DNA from: Malacoraja senta
Taxonomy: Eukaryota
Assembly: GCA_038087875.1 (NCBI GenBank)
Contig: JAXLNO010003717.1
Coordinates: 1-64,000, forward strand
Reading direction: 5' to 3'
Length of the DNA stretch: 64,000 nucleotides
A program made the position numbers and the translations under genes. Positions 36,401 to 47,254 of the stretch are shown here, one piece after another. Every line of letters starts with the position of its first letter. The stretch's first letter is position 1. Under the pieces are notes generated by a model. That model worked only from the letters and a program-made list of their open reading frames with translations, was not told the origin of the DNA and did no database searches.

Positions 36401-39400
36401 CAGCAGAAAGACAATGCATGATTACAGTCGAGCCGTCTACAGTGTAGATACATGATCAGGGAATAACATTTGTTTAAGAAGGAACTGCAGATGCTGGAAA
36501 ATCGAAGGTAGACAAAAATGCTGGAGAAACTCAGCGGGTGAGGCAGCATCTATGGAGCGAAGGAAATAGGCGACGTTTCGGGTCGATACCCTTCTTCAGA
36601 CGAAGGAAATAGGCGACGTTTCGGGTCGAGACCCTTCTTCTGTCTGAAGAAGGGTCTCGACCCGAAACGTCGCCTATTTCCTTCGCTCCATAGATGCTGC
36701 ATCACCCGCTGAGTTTCTCCAGCATTTTTGTCTGCCAGCAAAGTCCGATCAAGGATAGTCTGAGGGTCACCAAGGAGGTAGATAGTAGTTCTGCACTGCA
36801 CTTGTGGTAGGATGGTTCAGTTGCCTTATAACACCTGGGAAGAAATTGTCCCTGAATCTGGAGATGTGCGTTTCCCAATTCTAAACCTTTTTGCCCGATG
36901 GGAGAGGGGAAAAGAGGGAGTGGCCAGGGTACGACTCGTCCTTGATTATGCTGCTGGCCTTGCTGAGGCAGCGTGACATATAAACGGAGTGTCTACTGCA
37001 GGGTGTTGTAACTAACTCACTGGTTCATGTGTGTGTGTGTGCTACACTATCAGCCGCACATTGTTCAGCCAGGCTCCTGTGGGGCAGGGCATTGTCCTGA
37101 GATCTGATCTGTCCTCTGCTGGTCAGAGGCAGCTTTCCACCTGCCACCTCAAGTACTTTCCCCAATTCCTCATCTCTCAGCCCACCACTGCCGAGAAATA
37201 AGTTACAAAGAAAAGCTCACAGTGTGCTGGAGTAACTCAGCGGGTCAGGCAGCATCTCTGAAGAACATGGATAGGTGACGTTTCAGATCGGGACCCTTGT
37301 GCAGATTGACCTATTTGTGAGTCCAGAGATTTAGTTTAGTTTAAAGATACAGCTTTAGTTTAAAGATTTAGTAAAAAAGATTTAGTTTAGTTTAAAGATA
37401 AAGGCATTTGGGCCAACAGAGTCCGCACTGACAACGATCCCCGCACACTAACACTGTCCTACACACACTAGGGACAATTTAAGAGTCAAGAGTGTTTTAT
37501 TGTCATATGTCCCGGACGGGACTGAAATTCTTACTTGCTGCAGCACAACAGAATATGTGAATATGTAAACATAGGGGGAAAAAAAGAAAAAGTTCAATAA
37601 ATAACACATATAGTGCAAATAACAAATAATAATAGTCTTTTGCAGTTCAGAGCTCAGAGCTTATTCGCTGTGTTTAATAGCCTGATGGCTGTGGGGAAGA
37701 AACCTGTAGCTCTTCGGAATGTGTGAGGAAACTGGAGCGCCCGGAGAAAACCCACAGCGGTCACATGAAGAACGTACAAACTCTGTCCAGACAGCACCTG
37801 TAGTCAGGATCAAACCCAGGTCTCTGTCACTGGAAGGCAGCAACTCTACCGCTGTACTGCCCACAGCTGAGAGAAGTTGCCCAACCCGCTGAGTTACTCC
37901 AGTACTTTAAAAAAAAACCTAACCAGCATCTGCAGTTACAAAGATCCGACTAAACTGCACATTTGTGTAAACTGTTCAACCAACTGCTCAAGATCACCCC
38001 TGGGTCTGATCACCCCTGCCTCCACTTCCCACCCCAACGCCAACCACCACCTGCCAGCCTTGGAGAGAATGTCAGGGTGGTTGGGGGACGGGGCGAGGAG
38101 CAGAAACGTTCCAGTTTATATGTTGGGTGTTCTAATAACAGTATAGTTGTACATCTAACAGGATGGCCCGGGAGATCTCCAGCTCAGGGATCCTCTGGGC
38201 GAGTATGTGCCAGGTTTATCTTGCTGATCTGCCAATGGGTGGAAGAAGGGTCTCGATCCCAAAACGTTGCCCATTTCCTTCGCTCCATAGATGCTGCCTC
38301 ACTCGCTGAGTTTCTCCAGCATTTTTGTCCACCTGCCAATGGGTGGAGATCGCAGGAAGGAGAACTTTGGCGACACACTGCAGGTGGTCTAATAAATCTC
38401 CCCCTCTTCCCGTATTTTTCAGCAGTACTTCTCCTCATCCCAGCCAATCCTCATACCCAAAGGTGGTGTCACGCCAAATTCCTCTCCCAGTCCCACTCGA
38501 CGGTTTGGAAGGTGAGAAAAATGTAATGACTCCTGAAACCGCTGCTGATGCTCGCTTTGCCTGTGTTTGAGTCTGTGTATGTGTGTATGTATGCTTGTGT
38601 ATGGGGTGAGTTTACATGTTAATGCCCGCGTGTGTATGTATGCTTGTGTATGGGGTGAGTTTACACGTTTATGCTCACGTGCGTGTGTTTATGTCCACCT
38701 GTCCCTGCTTTTGTCCGTGCGGTATCAGTGTATATACACATGTATGCCTGCGTGCCCCTGTTTGTTTGCAGCTGTGCATGTTTGCGCGTATACATGTGCA
38801 TGCATTTATGGCCACATCTCCTGCTTGTGTGTGCGTGTATATGCCGGGGTGTCTCTCTTGTGCGTTGTGTGCCTGTATGAGTTTATGCAAACGTATCAAT
38901 GCTTGTATGCATGGTGTACATGTTTGCTGTGTGTACGCGTGCAGGCATGTCCCCGCTTGACTGTTTGTGCGCGCGCATTTATGCCTGTTCCCGCTTACAT
39001 GCTCGCTGTACGTGCGTGAGTGAGTGCGTGCGTGCATGTGTAACATTTCTCTTAATCCGTTTAACCCTCATGATGTGTTATGCATTTTCCTGTTCATTAT
39101 CTCTCTAATCTAATTAACTAACTGGCAAAAAGACACCCTGGAGCTATTTTCCTCCTGAAAGCCTCCAGTTTCTTTTTATTTTTGGTGTTTCTCTCCTGAG
39201 GCTGAGATGCAGCACATGATATTTCTGCATCTTGCTGAGTGAACCAGTGACCTTACCGTTCTGGGTGGCAATGAAACCTCTTTCAGTCTCGTAGACAAAG
39301 GCACTTTTAATGTTGCTTCACGCAGTGCATCATTTTAATTTTGGGCACTACCGTCATATATTTAATTCACCCCAGCTGTGAAAATATTGTCCGTGAACAG

Positions 39401-42306
39401 TTGGACATTTTGAAATGTTCCATGCAGTAAAAACAAACCTCATTAAATATTTTCTTTCACCAAAGCAGTTCAGTGGTGTCTTGTTTTAGACTCCATGACA
39501 CTTCAATTGGATGCATTGTACAACCAGGGCACCTCTGACGGTCTCTGCATTAGAACTATAGGTGCCAATGATTCCCATCATCTTGCAGAAGTACACATCT
39601 CCCCGCCCCCCCCCCCCCGAAAAGAATATGATTATGAAACAGTCTGAAGAAGAGTCCAAAGCCAAAATAAGTCTGAAGAAGAGTCCCGACCCGAATCGTC
39701 ACCAATCCATGTTCTCCAGAAATGCTGCCTAAACCACTGAGTTACTCCAGCACTTTAAAATCTTTCTTGGAGCACTGACAAATAACACTAAGAGAAATAA
39801 CACTAGTGTCTTTTTTTGTAAACCAGCATCTGTGGTTCCTCGTACTGGATTAGGTTGCCGTTGATCAGTATCTCAATTTTTTGTTTACTACGTTAAGATG
39901 GTCATCGCCTAATTCAGAGAATTCCTGATTTTTTTTTTTTTTTTCTGAATCCCACTTTGCAATATGTGCAGTTTTACCAGAGTGATTATTGTGATGAGGG
40001 ATGTCTTACAAGGAGTGAGAGATACAGCATGGAAACAGGCCCTTCGGCCCACTGAGACCATGGCGACCAATGATCACCCGTGCACTACTTCTATCCTGCA
40101 CACTCAGGACAATTTTACCGAAGTGAATTTTACCGAAGTGAATACCTGCACGTCTTTGGAATGTGGGAGAACCGGAGCACCTGGAGAAAACCCACGTGGT
40201 CACAGGGAGAATGCAAACTCCGTACAGACAGCACCCGTAGTCGGGATCTAACCCAGCTCTGGCACTGTGAGTCAGCAGCTCTACTGTGCTGCCCTAGGCG
40301 TAGATAATACAGCAGTAGATTCAGAGGTGCAATGGGCAGTCTATAATACAATGTGAAGAAGGGTCCCGACCCAAATAGTCGTCTGTCTATTCCCTCCACG
40401 GCTGCTGCCTGATCCGCTGTTACTCCAGCTCTTTGTCTTTTGCTCCAGATTCCAGCATCTGCAGTTCCATGTGTCTCCAGTCTATAAACCTGCTTGTATG
40501 GTCATTGAAGAGATGCTTCTTCAAGTTTTCACATTCTGTGTTTCTTATAGCAGGAGATGTGTCAGTCCAAGTGTTGCTTTACGACCCAGTGCCTTGGGAC
40601 CATTGAAGAGGAAAGGTAAGACTATCTCAAAATGCACCTTCAAATGGCTTTGCTTTAATTTCAAACTCTATTCATCCCTGTCTTTCCCCCCCTCTTGCTT
40701 CATCTCTTGCAGTAAAGACTATAATGTCATCGCATGGCCACGTGAAGTATTTGAGACGTGTGTGAGAGCAGTAAAAATTTCCTCCCTCCCTCCCTACCTC
40801 ACTCCTTCCCCATTGCCCCGTATCTCTCCCTCTTTGCCTGGCCCTGTCTCTCCCCCACTCTCCGACCCAGTCTCTTCCCCTACCCCTCCACCCCCCCCTC
40901 TCTGATCCCGTTTCTCCACCCATTTCCCCCCCAGCCCTCTCTCTGGCCCCATCTCCCCCTGCCCCTATCTCTCCTCCCCCCAACCCCTCCACCCCCCTTT
41001 CCGGCCCCATCTCACCCACCCCCCCCCTCTCCCTGGCCCCATCTCCCCCGGCCCTCAATGAATAGCCTTTGGTCCTCTGCACAGGTGACATGGAAGTGGA
41101 TTCCCCTCCGAAGAAGTTATTTGTCAGTGGTGTCCCTGGACTCGGACACGGTGAGACCCCCCTGCTAAGACCATCACTCTCGCACAGGTACACGGCTCAT
41201 TTCGTTAATGCACATCCCAGTATTTTATTGTCCTTGGGAAATGGCCGTGTAGAGGCCTGTAATCATTGCATCAAACGTGCTTTCACAGGGTGGCGGGATT
41301 GGGAGATGGAATAGATGCAGTCAATGGAAGGGAGGTTGGTTTTGCGCGACGGTCTGGGCTGCGTCCACAACTCTCTACAATTTCTTGAGTCAAGTCACAT
41401 TTATTTATATAGCACATTTAAAAAACAACTCTCGTTGGCCAAAGTGCTTTACATTTGTTATGAGAGTAGTATAAACAAACAAACTACATACATATATACA
41501 TATAGCCCTCGCTCAGTGGACGTCAAGAAAGGCTTGGGAGTACAGATAAGTTTTTAGTCTTGACTTAAAGGAGTCGATGGAGGGGGCAGTTCTGATGGGA
41601 AGAGGGATGCTGTTCCACAGTCTAGGAGCTGCAACCGCAAAGGCCCGGTCGCCCCTGAGCTTATGCCTAGACCGCGGGATATTCAGCAACCCCAAGTCGG
41701 CCGATCTGAGGGACCTGGAGGTGGAGTGGTGGGTGAGAAGACTTTTAATGTAGGTGGGGGAAAGCCCATTGAGGGCTTTGTAGACAAAGAGGAGGATCTT
41801 GAAATTTATACGGAACCGCACAGGGAGCCAGTGGAGAGGGGCCAGGATTGAGGTCTTGGATGGAGCTGTTCCCAAACCATGCTGTGATGCATTCCGATAA
41901 AATGCTTTTCGACGGCTCGGCTGTAGAAGTTGTTGGGGGTTGTTGGGGACATGCCGAACTTCCTATAAATCACTATTCCTTTAACTATCTAAATAGCGGT
42001 TGGTACGGGTGTCAGGGGTTATGGGGAGAAGGCAGGAGAAGTTGTTAAGAGGGAAAGATAGATCAGCCGTGATTGAGTGGCGAAGTAGACCCGATGGGTC
42101 GAATGGCTTAATTCTGCTCCTACAATTTGTGAACGTTGATTCTCCCCTCACGGGTTTTGTGTTCTTCCCGCAGCCTGGAGAGTGTGAACAACAGCCCCCC
42201 CCAGACAGTGCCTCCGTCGGGGCCCGAAGTCCCGGCCTCGCCAGCCGCCCCCGACATCACTTTCACTTCGCCCTTTGCCTCCATGGCTCATCCGCCGGGA
42301 ATGTGA
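15325..42306 (+). CDS. PABIR2: FAM122/PABIR-family PP2A-B55 inhibitor; 10 coding exons, 864 nt, 287 aa (PABIR2/FAM122B-like; exact orthology not established)
   Basis: join(15325..15461,29278..29359,30556..30612,32096..32139,33752..33806,35780..35878,38423..38511,40551..40615,41085..41187,42174..42306). All introns are GT-AG with matching phases. The product carries FAM122 hallmark blocks: MAQEERMEVD, LRRSNSAP, SPVFQ, SRIDQIRQEE, NRETAHER, AMQMSCSWED, PSPTRIGKQYFS, RPSALGPLKRKGDMEVDSPPKKLF. Confidence 0.92.
15486..15905. other. Assembly gap (420 N) in FAM122 intron 1
   Basis: Run of N. Confidence 1.
16012..17483 (+). mobile_element. CR1 LINE fragments (two subfamilies)
   Basis: 16012-16310 is a 3' tail; 16402-17483 is an RT fragment (YINDLD..KFADD.KIGG, RDLG), degraded. 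Confidence 0.85.
17602..18011 (+). mobile_element. tRNA-derived V-SINE interrupted by a LINE tail
   Basis: A and B boxes at the 5' end, central domain, GGGCCTGTTTCC tail. Confidence 0.8.
18650..19240 (-). mobile_element. Nested Rex1-like LINE tails
   Basis: THTSRFR..F.P and KTERMRRSFFPQAIRTVN motifs. Confidence 0.7.
20309..20556. mobile_element. PIF/Harbinger-like MITE
   Basis: TIRs GGCCTGTCCCACT / AGTGCGACAGGCC, subterminal inverted sequence, preceded by TAA. Confidence 0.65.
22112..22246. mobile_element. Short PLE-derived element with a 17-bp TSD
   Basis: ACAACTTGTTTGGCTGA at 22095-22111 and 22247-22263. Confidence 0.85.
23108..23396 (-). mobile_element. tRNA-derived V-SINE (further copies at ~20715-21015, 24078-24368, 32965-33197, 33825-34117, 37330-37862, 40017-40294, 53505-53735)
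   Basis: Same head, central and tail structure as 8617-8868. Confidence 0.78.
24449..25339 (+). mobile_element. CR1 LINE RT and 3' fragment
   Basis: LQGDMDRLGEWA..WQM, KANGMLAFI, LVRPHLEYCVQFWS. Confidence 0.9.
26455..26886 (+). mobile_element. CR1 3' fragment inserted in a - strand V-SINE
   Basis: SINE sequence GGAGAAAACC is resumed as AAAACCCGCATGG after the CR1 tail. Confidence 0.85.
28207..29067 (-). mobile_element. CR1 LINE RT and 3' fragment
   Basis: ORFs 28658..29107 and 28306..28611 are CR1 ORF2 C-terminus. Confidence 0.92.
29278..29359 (+). CDS. FAM122/PABIR exon 2 (SDSSPVFQPTSLRCRRSSASVNLGCQSS)
   Basis: T-rich acceptor ...TGTGCAG|T; donor TCG|GTGAGT; phase 2->0; matches the FAM122 D.S.VFQ....R.RR.S block. 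Confidence 0.9.
29556..29807. mobile_element. Palindromic short PLE-derived element with a 14-bp TSD
   Basis: TATTAAATGTCAGT at 29542-29555 and 29808-29821; internal triplicated AAGGAAATAGGCAACGTTTCG. Confidence 0.85.
30556..30612 (+). CDS. FAM122/PABIR exon 3 (SFPLSPFRTLNSRIDQIRQ)
   Basis: Acceptor TTCCTTCTAG|; donor CAG|GTAAGG; contains the equivalent of the RLHQIKQ B55-binding helix. Confidence 0.92.
31228..31518 (+). mobile_element. tRNA-derived V-SINE, near full length
   Basis: GGCGCAGCAGTAGAG A-box, GGTTCGATCC B-box, central domain, CTAAACTAAACTAA tail. Confidence 0.85.
32096..32139 (+). CDS. FAM122/PABIR exon 4 (EESMDMMNRETAHE)
   Basis: Acceptor TTTCAG|; donor AAG|GTGAGT; conserved NRETAHER motif. 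Confidence 0.93.
33752..33806 (+). CDS. FAM122/PABIR exon 5 (RGIHAAMQMSCSWEDGFTL)
   Basis: Acceptor TTTTTCCTCTCTGAAG|; donor CTG|GTGAGT; AMQ.S.SW motif. Confidence 0.92.
34796..35129. mobile_element. Palindromic PLE-derived element with a 15-bp TSD and a captured 126-bp segment
   Basis: TSD CACAGATACTACCTG at 34781-34795 and 35130-35144; 34982-35107 is the reverse complement of 21986-22111. Confidence 0.85.
35780..35878 (+). CDS. FAM122/PABIR exon 6 (CDQMVTAEQEDRVLSLQSDDIFPLAPSPTRIGK)
   Basis: Acceptor TTTGTGCAG|; donor AAG|GTATGG; APSPTR.GK motif. Confidence 0.9.
38423..38511 (+). CDS. FAM122/PABIR exon 7 (QYFSSSQPILIPKGGVTPNSSPSPTRRFG)
   Basis: Acceptor TTTTTCAG|CAG; donor AAG|GTGAGA; homologous to the QCFSPS...PSPT.RF block. 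Confidence 0.88.
38565..39040. repeat. Degenerate (TG/CG/TA) alternating purine-pyrimidine tract in FAM122 intron 7
   Basis: Direct inspection. Confidence 0.85.
40551..40615 (+). CDS. FAM122/PABIR exon 8 (SRRCVSPSVALRPSALGPLKRK)
   Basis: Acceptor TTTCTTATAG|; donor AAG|GTAAGA; RPS.LGPLKRK motif. Confidence 0.93.
41085..41187 (+). CDS. FAM122/PABIR exon 9 (GDMEVDSPPKKLFVSGVPGLGHGETPLLRPSLSH)
   Basis: Acceptor CTGCACAG|; donor CAG|GTACAC, phase 2, which keeps exon 10 in frame; ME....PK.LF motif. A competing donor lies at 41151. Confidence 0.85.
41388..41849 (-). mobile_element. L2 LINE 3' fragment (FAM122 intron 9)
   Basis: ILAPLHWLPVRFRINFKILLFVYKAL...GDRAFAVAAPRLWNSIP..IR. Confidence 0.9.
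42174..42306 (+). CDS. FAM122/PABIR terminal coding exon 10 (SLESVNNSPPQTVPPSGPEVPASPAAPDITFTSPFASMAHPPGM*)
   Basis: Acceptor TTCTTCCCGCAG|; open in phase 2 to TGA at 42304-42306; S/P-rich tail as in other FAM122 proteins. Confidence 0.78.
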
Positions 42307-44788
42307 ACCGAGGGAGAGAGAGAGACAATCGTACAGACTCCGAGCGACGGGGAAACACACGAAGCACTTTGATAGAGGACGTTGTATGATAGCATTCCTA
42401 ATCAGTATTTTATAGTCAACTGTATAGTTAGTGAAAAAAAATAACAGGGTGGCCGGTGAGTGGGCAGCAGATCTCTCTCTGCTGCCCATTACCTAGGTCG
42501 GGCCACAGTCTGCTGGTGGAGCCACTTGACACGCTGGGCTCGGACCCCATTCGCTGCCCGTTGTACATACCACTGTATAGATCGCTGGTGAAGACATAAT
42601 TGAGTTGTCCTGAAGCTGCTCCGGCCCCTCTGTATATACGTGCCAACATGGCTGGAGACCAGGTCGACCCACGTTATCCATTGACAGGATGGGGGCAGTG
42701 CTCCCTGCCCGCGCACACATGCCAGGGAGCGGCAGGAACGGACAGTCATTACCGCATCACGGGGGGGTGGGGGGGGGAGAAGAGCCTGAGCCTGGCTGGT
42801 GGAAGGAGAGAGCTCCCCTCCCTCAAGGACAGCCTTGAGAGCGGCTGGCCGCAGCAAAAGGACGTGCATCGAGTAACTGGACGCACAAGCAGAGCCCTCC
42901 GCCCGCTTGCAGAAACGAAAGCGATGTGGCTTTTTGTTGCTCTATCTGCTTATATACCTTATGTGAAGTTGATTTTCCTGGATCATTTAACCAAAAATTT
43001 ACACATCATTTAGGTCACCTTCTGTCTTGCCTTCATTTGTCCGTTTGAAGCTGCCTCCGTCCTAGAAGCTACAAAGGTTGGACTCTTGACTGTGATGGTG
43101 GCGTCAACCACCATGTACTCATTACACGAGATCTGTATGGTTCTATGTCTGTTGTCTGCAACTTAGTCGGGTCCCCTTACAGTGTTACGTTTGTCCCTCA
43201 ATTTACAGTGATTTCCCTGTTGGACCAACACCTTGTTTCAAACAACCCGTCCATATTCTCCAGAGATGCTGCCTGACCCGCTGAGTTACTCCAGCACTTT
43301 GTGTCCTTTTTCTATTTCAAACTTGGTTTGTTGCTCCCTACCCGGGAGGGCACGCTCCCGTTTATCCCCACAATGGGACCTCTTGTTTAGCTTGCGAGGT
43401 CTCCCCTTTATCACTGAAGTTGGGCAGGCCACCACTTGTAACGTGACAGAGCTGCCCTTCTGCACGGCTCCGTCATGGTGGTTTGTTGCTGGACATAAGA
43501 AATGGCTCACTATTCCTACAGGTTGATCACTGGCAGGCAAAGCAATTAAAGGAAGGTTCCATGGGGGTGAGGGAGGTGCACAAGCCACTTTGTTTTAACG
43601 TAGTGAAGTGACTGAGAACAGGAACAATCCCAGTGTGTGGAGTTCTGGAAAGTTGTTGACAAAACATGAAGACTCCCAGAACTGTGCTGTGCCCATGGAG
43701 ATGGTGCAAGCAGCTTGGCACCTTTTGATTGGAAAGTGGTGGATTCATTCAGTGCATTTCGTGCTCACAAAGGTCTACATCAGGAATGGTTAGAACTTGT
43801 TCATAAGTCATAGTAGCAGCATGAGACCATTCGTCCCATCAGGTCCACTCCGCCATTCAATCATGGCCGATCTATCTTTCCTCCTCAACTTCATGCCCCC
43901 TGTCAGCTGAGTTCTCCACATATCTTTTGACACCCTCACGATTCAAGAATCTGTCAATCTCCGCTTTACAAATACCCCAAAAACCTGGCCTCCACGGCCA
44001 TCTGCGGCTATCAATTCCATAGATTCACCACCCTCTGACTAAAGAAATTCCGCCTCTCCTTTCTAAAGATACATCCTTTTATTCTGAGGCTGTGCCCTCA
44101 GGGCAGGCTGATCTGTCTTCCCGACCACCTGGTCAGTATCATATCGTGACGATTGTCGCGACCTGTTCGGCCCCAGACCCCCGGCCGACTGTAGCGATTC
44201 TTTGAAAATCTTGTCTCTTTCCTTCCCGCGGGTGGATTCTGCGGAGCCTGCCGTCGCTGCCCAGGGGGCTCTCGGCTTGTGGCCAAAACCCTCATTTGCT
44301 GGTCAGATGTCGGGACGTGGCAGATGAGCGGTGAAGGACTTGAGCAGCACCCCATCCTGTCACCCCCCCCCCCCCCACTCTGTCCGCGCCCTTTGCAGCT
44401 TTGTCTTGTGGTCAGCGCTTGTTGCTGCTGCTCCCTGGAAGTATAACAATGTGCACGGTGATTTACAGGTGGATCCTGTGTGTGGGGGAAGCGAAACCTG
44501 AAGAACTGACTCATTGCACCTAATTTTGTACCAAAGCCTCTTAAGAGAAGCATGGAGTAATTTTAAAAAGTAATCAATGTTTTATTTTGATTATCTTGAT
44601 GCCTTTCTGTGCTTGGATTCCGTTCACTTGCTGCTTACCATTGTACAGCACCCTGGTGTTATCAGCTAGTACTGTGTCATGCCAGTTAATGTGCGGTGCC
44701 TCAAAAGGTTTAAAAAAAAAAAAAAAGATTCTTTACTAATCAGTGGTCTCATGAATCACTGAGTATGGTTGACACAATATATGAAGAA

Positions 44789-44794
44789 AATAAA
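44789..44794 (+). terminator. Candidate polyadenylation signal of the FAM122/PABIR gene (3' UTR ~2.5 kb)
   Basis: AATAAA ending a mostly unique, AU-rich stretch downstream of the stop, followed by T-rich sequence. Confidence 0.5.
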
Positions 44795-46984
44795 TCGTCA
44801 TTGGTGCCAATTTTATATTTTTATATAATATTTAATTATAGATACACAATGAGAGTTCTCTGACTTCTGCCTATCCAAAGAGGCTGGACTTGTCTATTAT
44901 TGCCACTCATTATGTCATTTGAAACAATAAATTTGTTAATTGCTAGGATACGAGTGAGAATTTCAACGGTCAAGTAAGTGCTAGTAGTCCATTGGAAGAA
45001 GTAAGAATCATTATTTACAGATTGCATTGGATGTTACCGTATTATCCACTGGCCTGGATCCTAAAACCAGTCTTTCGTTCAGGGAAATAAAAAGTTCTGG
45101 CAGGTAAATGCCCAAGAGAAAATGGTCTGCGTATGTACTCCTTGGGGAAAGTGCAACGTGGCCCAAGAATCTGTAGCGTGTTAAAGAAACAGTTGGGAAG
45201 GCGTAGGGTGCTCGGGTATTCAGATCAACACAGTGGGATAAGCGTATTGCAACATAGATCGCACAGCACAGAGGTTCACCAACCATTGGTGGAAGAAAGT
45301 CAACCTGCTTCGAGTGGCCATCTTGGAAGGCGACTTGATATCGTGGGATGTGAGAAGCGGAATGCTGTTATTTTATCGACTTCTGAAATAATACATCAGG
45401 TAAAAGATTCCCATTCTTCATCTACTGGATATGGAGTTGCAATTTTGGACTTTATCTAGAACTTAGTTTTCAACACCAATGATGTTTAGATAACATTCCT
45501 TGAACAAAAAAAAGCTATTTTAAAGACGTCTGATTGTTTCTGACAAAACTTGATAATATTAGAAGTTTGTGAATGAAGTAGGTAAGTATTAGACACAAGG
45601 AAGTGGAGATGGTTCACAAAAGGACAATTTTCACATTTTCATATTTAAAAAACATTTGGACAGGTGTGACTAGGAAATGTTTTAAGATATGAGCCATATG
45701 AGGGCAGGTGTGACTAGTGTAGATGGGGCATAGACACAAAAAGCTAGACTAGCTCAGCGAGTCAGGGAGCACCTCTGGTGGTTACTCAAGCTTTTTGTCT
45801 ATCTTCGATTTAATTCAGCATCTGCAGTTCCTTCCTACACATGTAGATGGCATGTTGGTCGGCAAAGGCAAGTTGGGCCAAAAAGGGCTTGTTTTCGCAC
45901 TATCACTCCATGGTTCCAAAATTGAACATGACATGAAATTAATGGACGTTAACTTTGTGTGTTGCCAGTTATTTGTCAGCTCGCGTTACCCTCCGCCCCA
46001 ACCAACTATGAGATCTATATTTTGGCGCCATTTTTAAACTTCCCAGACTCAAATATAAATTAATATTTAAAAAATAATAATACCGATTGCGCCCTTCCAA
46101 CATTTGAAGTTAGGGGGCAGCAAATAGTAATAAATAAAATTAATAAATGGAGTTTGCTGTGGCGTTGCTCCCACATGGACGGTTGGGTTTGGGCGTCATT
46201 TTCAAAGCCCGGGGGCAGTTTTTGTTGTAGACTTGTTGCCCCATGCAGACAATTCATAAGAGATAGATGCAGAATTAGGCCATTCAATTCAATCATGGCT
46301 GAGCTATCTTTCCCTCTTAACCCCATTCCTCTGCCTTTTCCCCGTAACCCCTCCTGATTGTTGCTTGGCTGCTGACATTTTGGCAGTCAATTGTCGTTGT
46401 AGCCACGGCCATTGGGTGCCATTTGCAAGCCAAAGTCACTTGTTGTTGTAGCTGCCTCCGTGCTCCCAATGCTTTGGGCGCTATTTAGAAGTGGCGTCCA
46501 GGCAGTTTTTTTTTTTTGCAGCCACCTCCAGTTTAAATTCCATTTGGAATATTTTCGAGGACCAAGATCCCCACTCCCAGTGTGACTGTTGGAGGCCTGC
46601 TGGGTTTGGCCGCCATTTTCAAGCTGAAGTCAGTTGTTGTCTCCAAAATAAAAAAATGTCTTCCATCGAACGAGTCAAATGACAGGAAGCTCGATTTGTT
46701 ACTAATATCTATGAGAGAGAAGCGAGTGTTACCAAACTTCTGAATCAACTGGGATGTAACCCTCTCCAAGACAGACGTAAAGCTGTTTAAGAAGGAACTG
46801 CAGATGCTGGAAAATTGAAGTTAGACAAAAGTGCTAGACTGAAGAAGGGTTTCGTCCCAAAACGTTGCCTATTTCCTTCGCTCCATTGATGCTGCTGCAC
46901 CCGCTGAGTTTCTCCAGTACTTTTGTCTACCAGATGTAAAGCTCACCGTTTGACCTGTTTTTGTTCTCCAAAATATTAAATGGT

Positions 46985-47245
46985 CATAGATTACCAAACC
47001 CAAACCTATTAGGAGCAGACGAGGGCATTCGATCCAATTTGAGATTGACCATCGACCAAGACAGATGTGTACAGCAATTCATTCTTCCCCTGCACAATTA
47101 AAGCATGGAATAGTCTTCACCCTGCCAAACTAAATTTTAAGGTAGCTCTTTTTCTCCAAGAACCAATTTTTGCTTATGTCCACCCTCCAGTTTATAATTC
47201 CATTTGGAATATTTTTGGAGGACCAAGAAGAAAGACGAGGAAAGA
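46985..47245 (+). mobile_element. L2/CR1-group LINE 3' tail (third family)
   Basis: TDVYSNSFFPCTIKAWNSL; the tail CCATTTGGAATATTTT..GGACCAAGA also occurs at 46525-46567 (+) and 17731-17840 (-). Confidence 0.65.
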
Positions 47246-47254
47246 TTGAAAAGA

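Noticed and set aside
42000-42389. 129-aa ORF overlapping FAM122 exon 10 in another frame
   Set aside because: It starts in a CR1-type tail, and neither exon 9 donor gives the phase needed to enter this frame.
44836-45459. ORFs at 45011..45286 (-) and 45133..45459 (+); also 59164..59954
   Set aside because: No recognisable motifs, codon bias or splice support.
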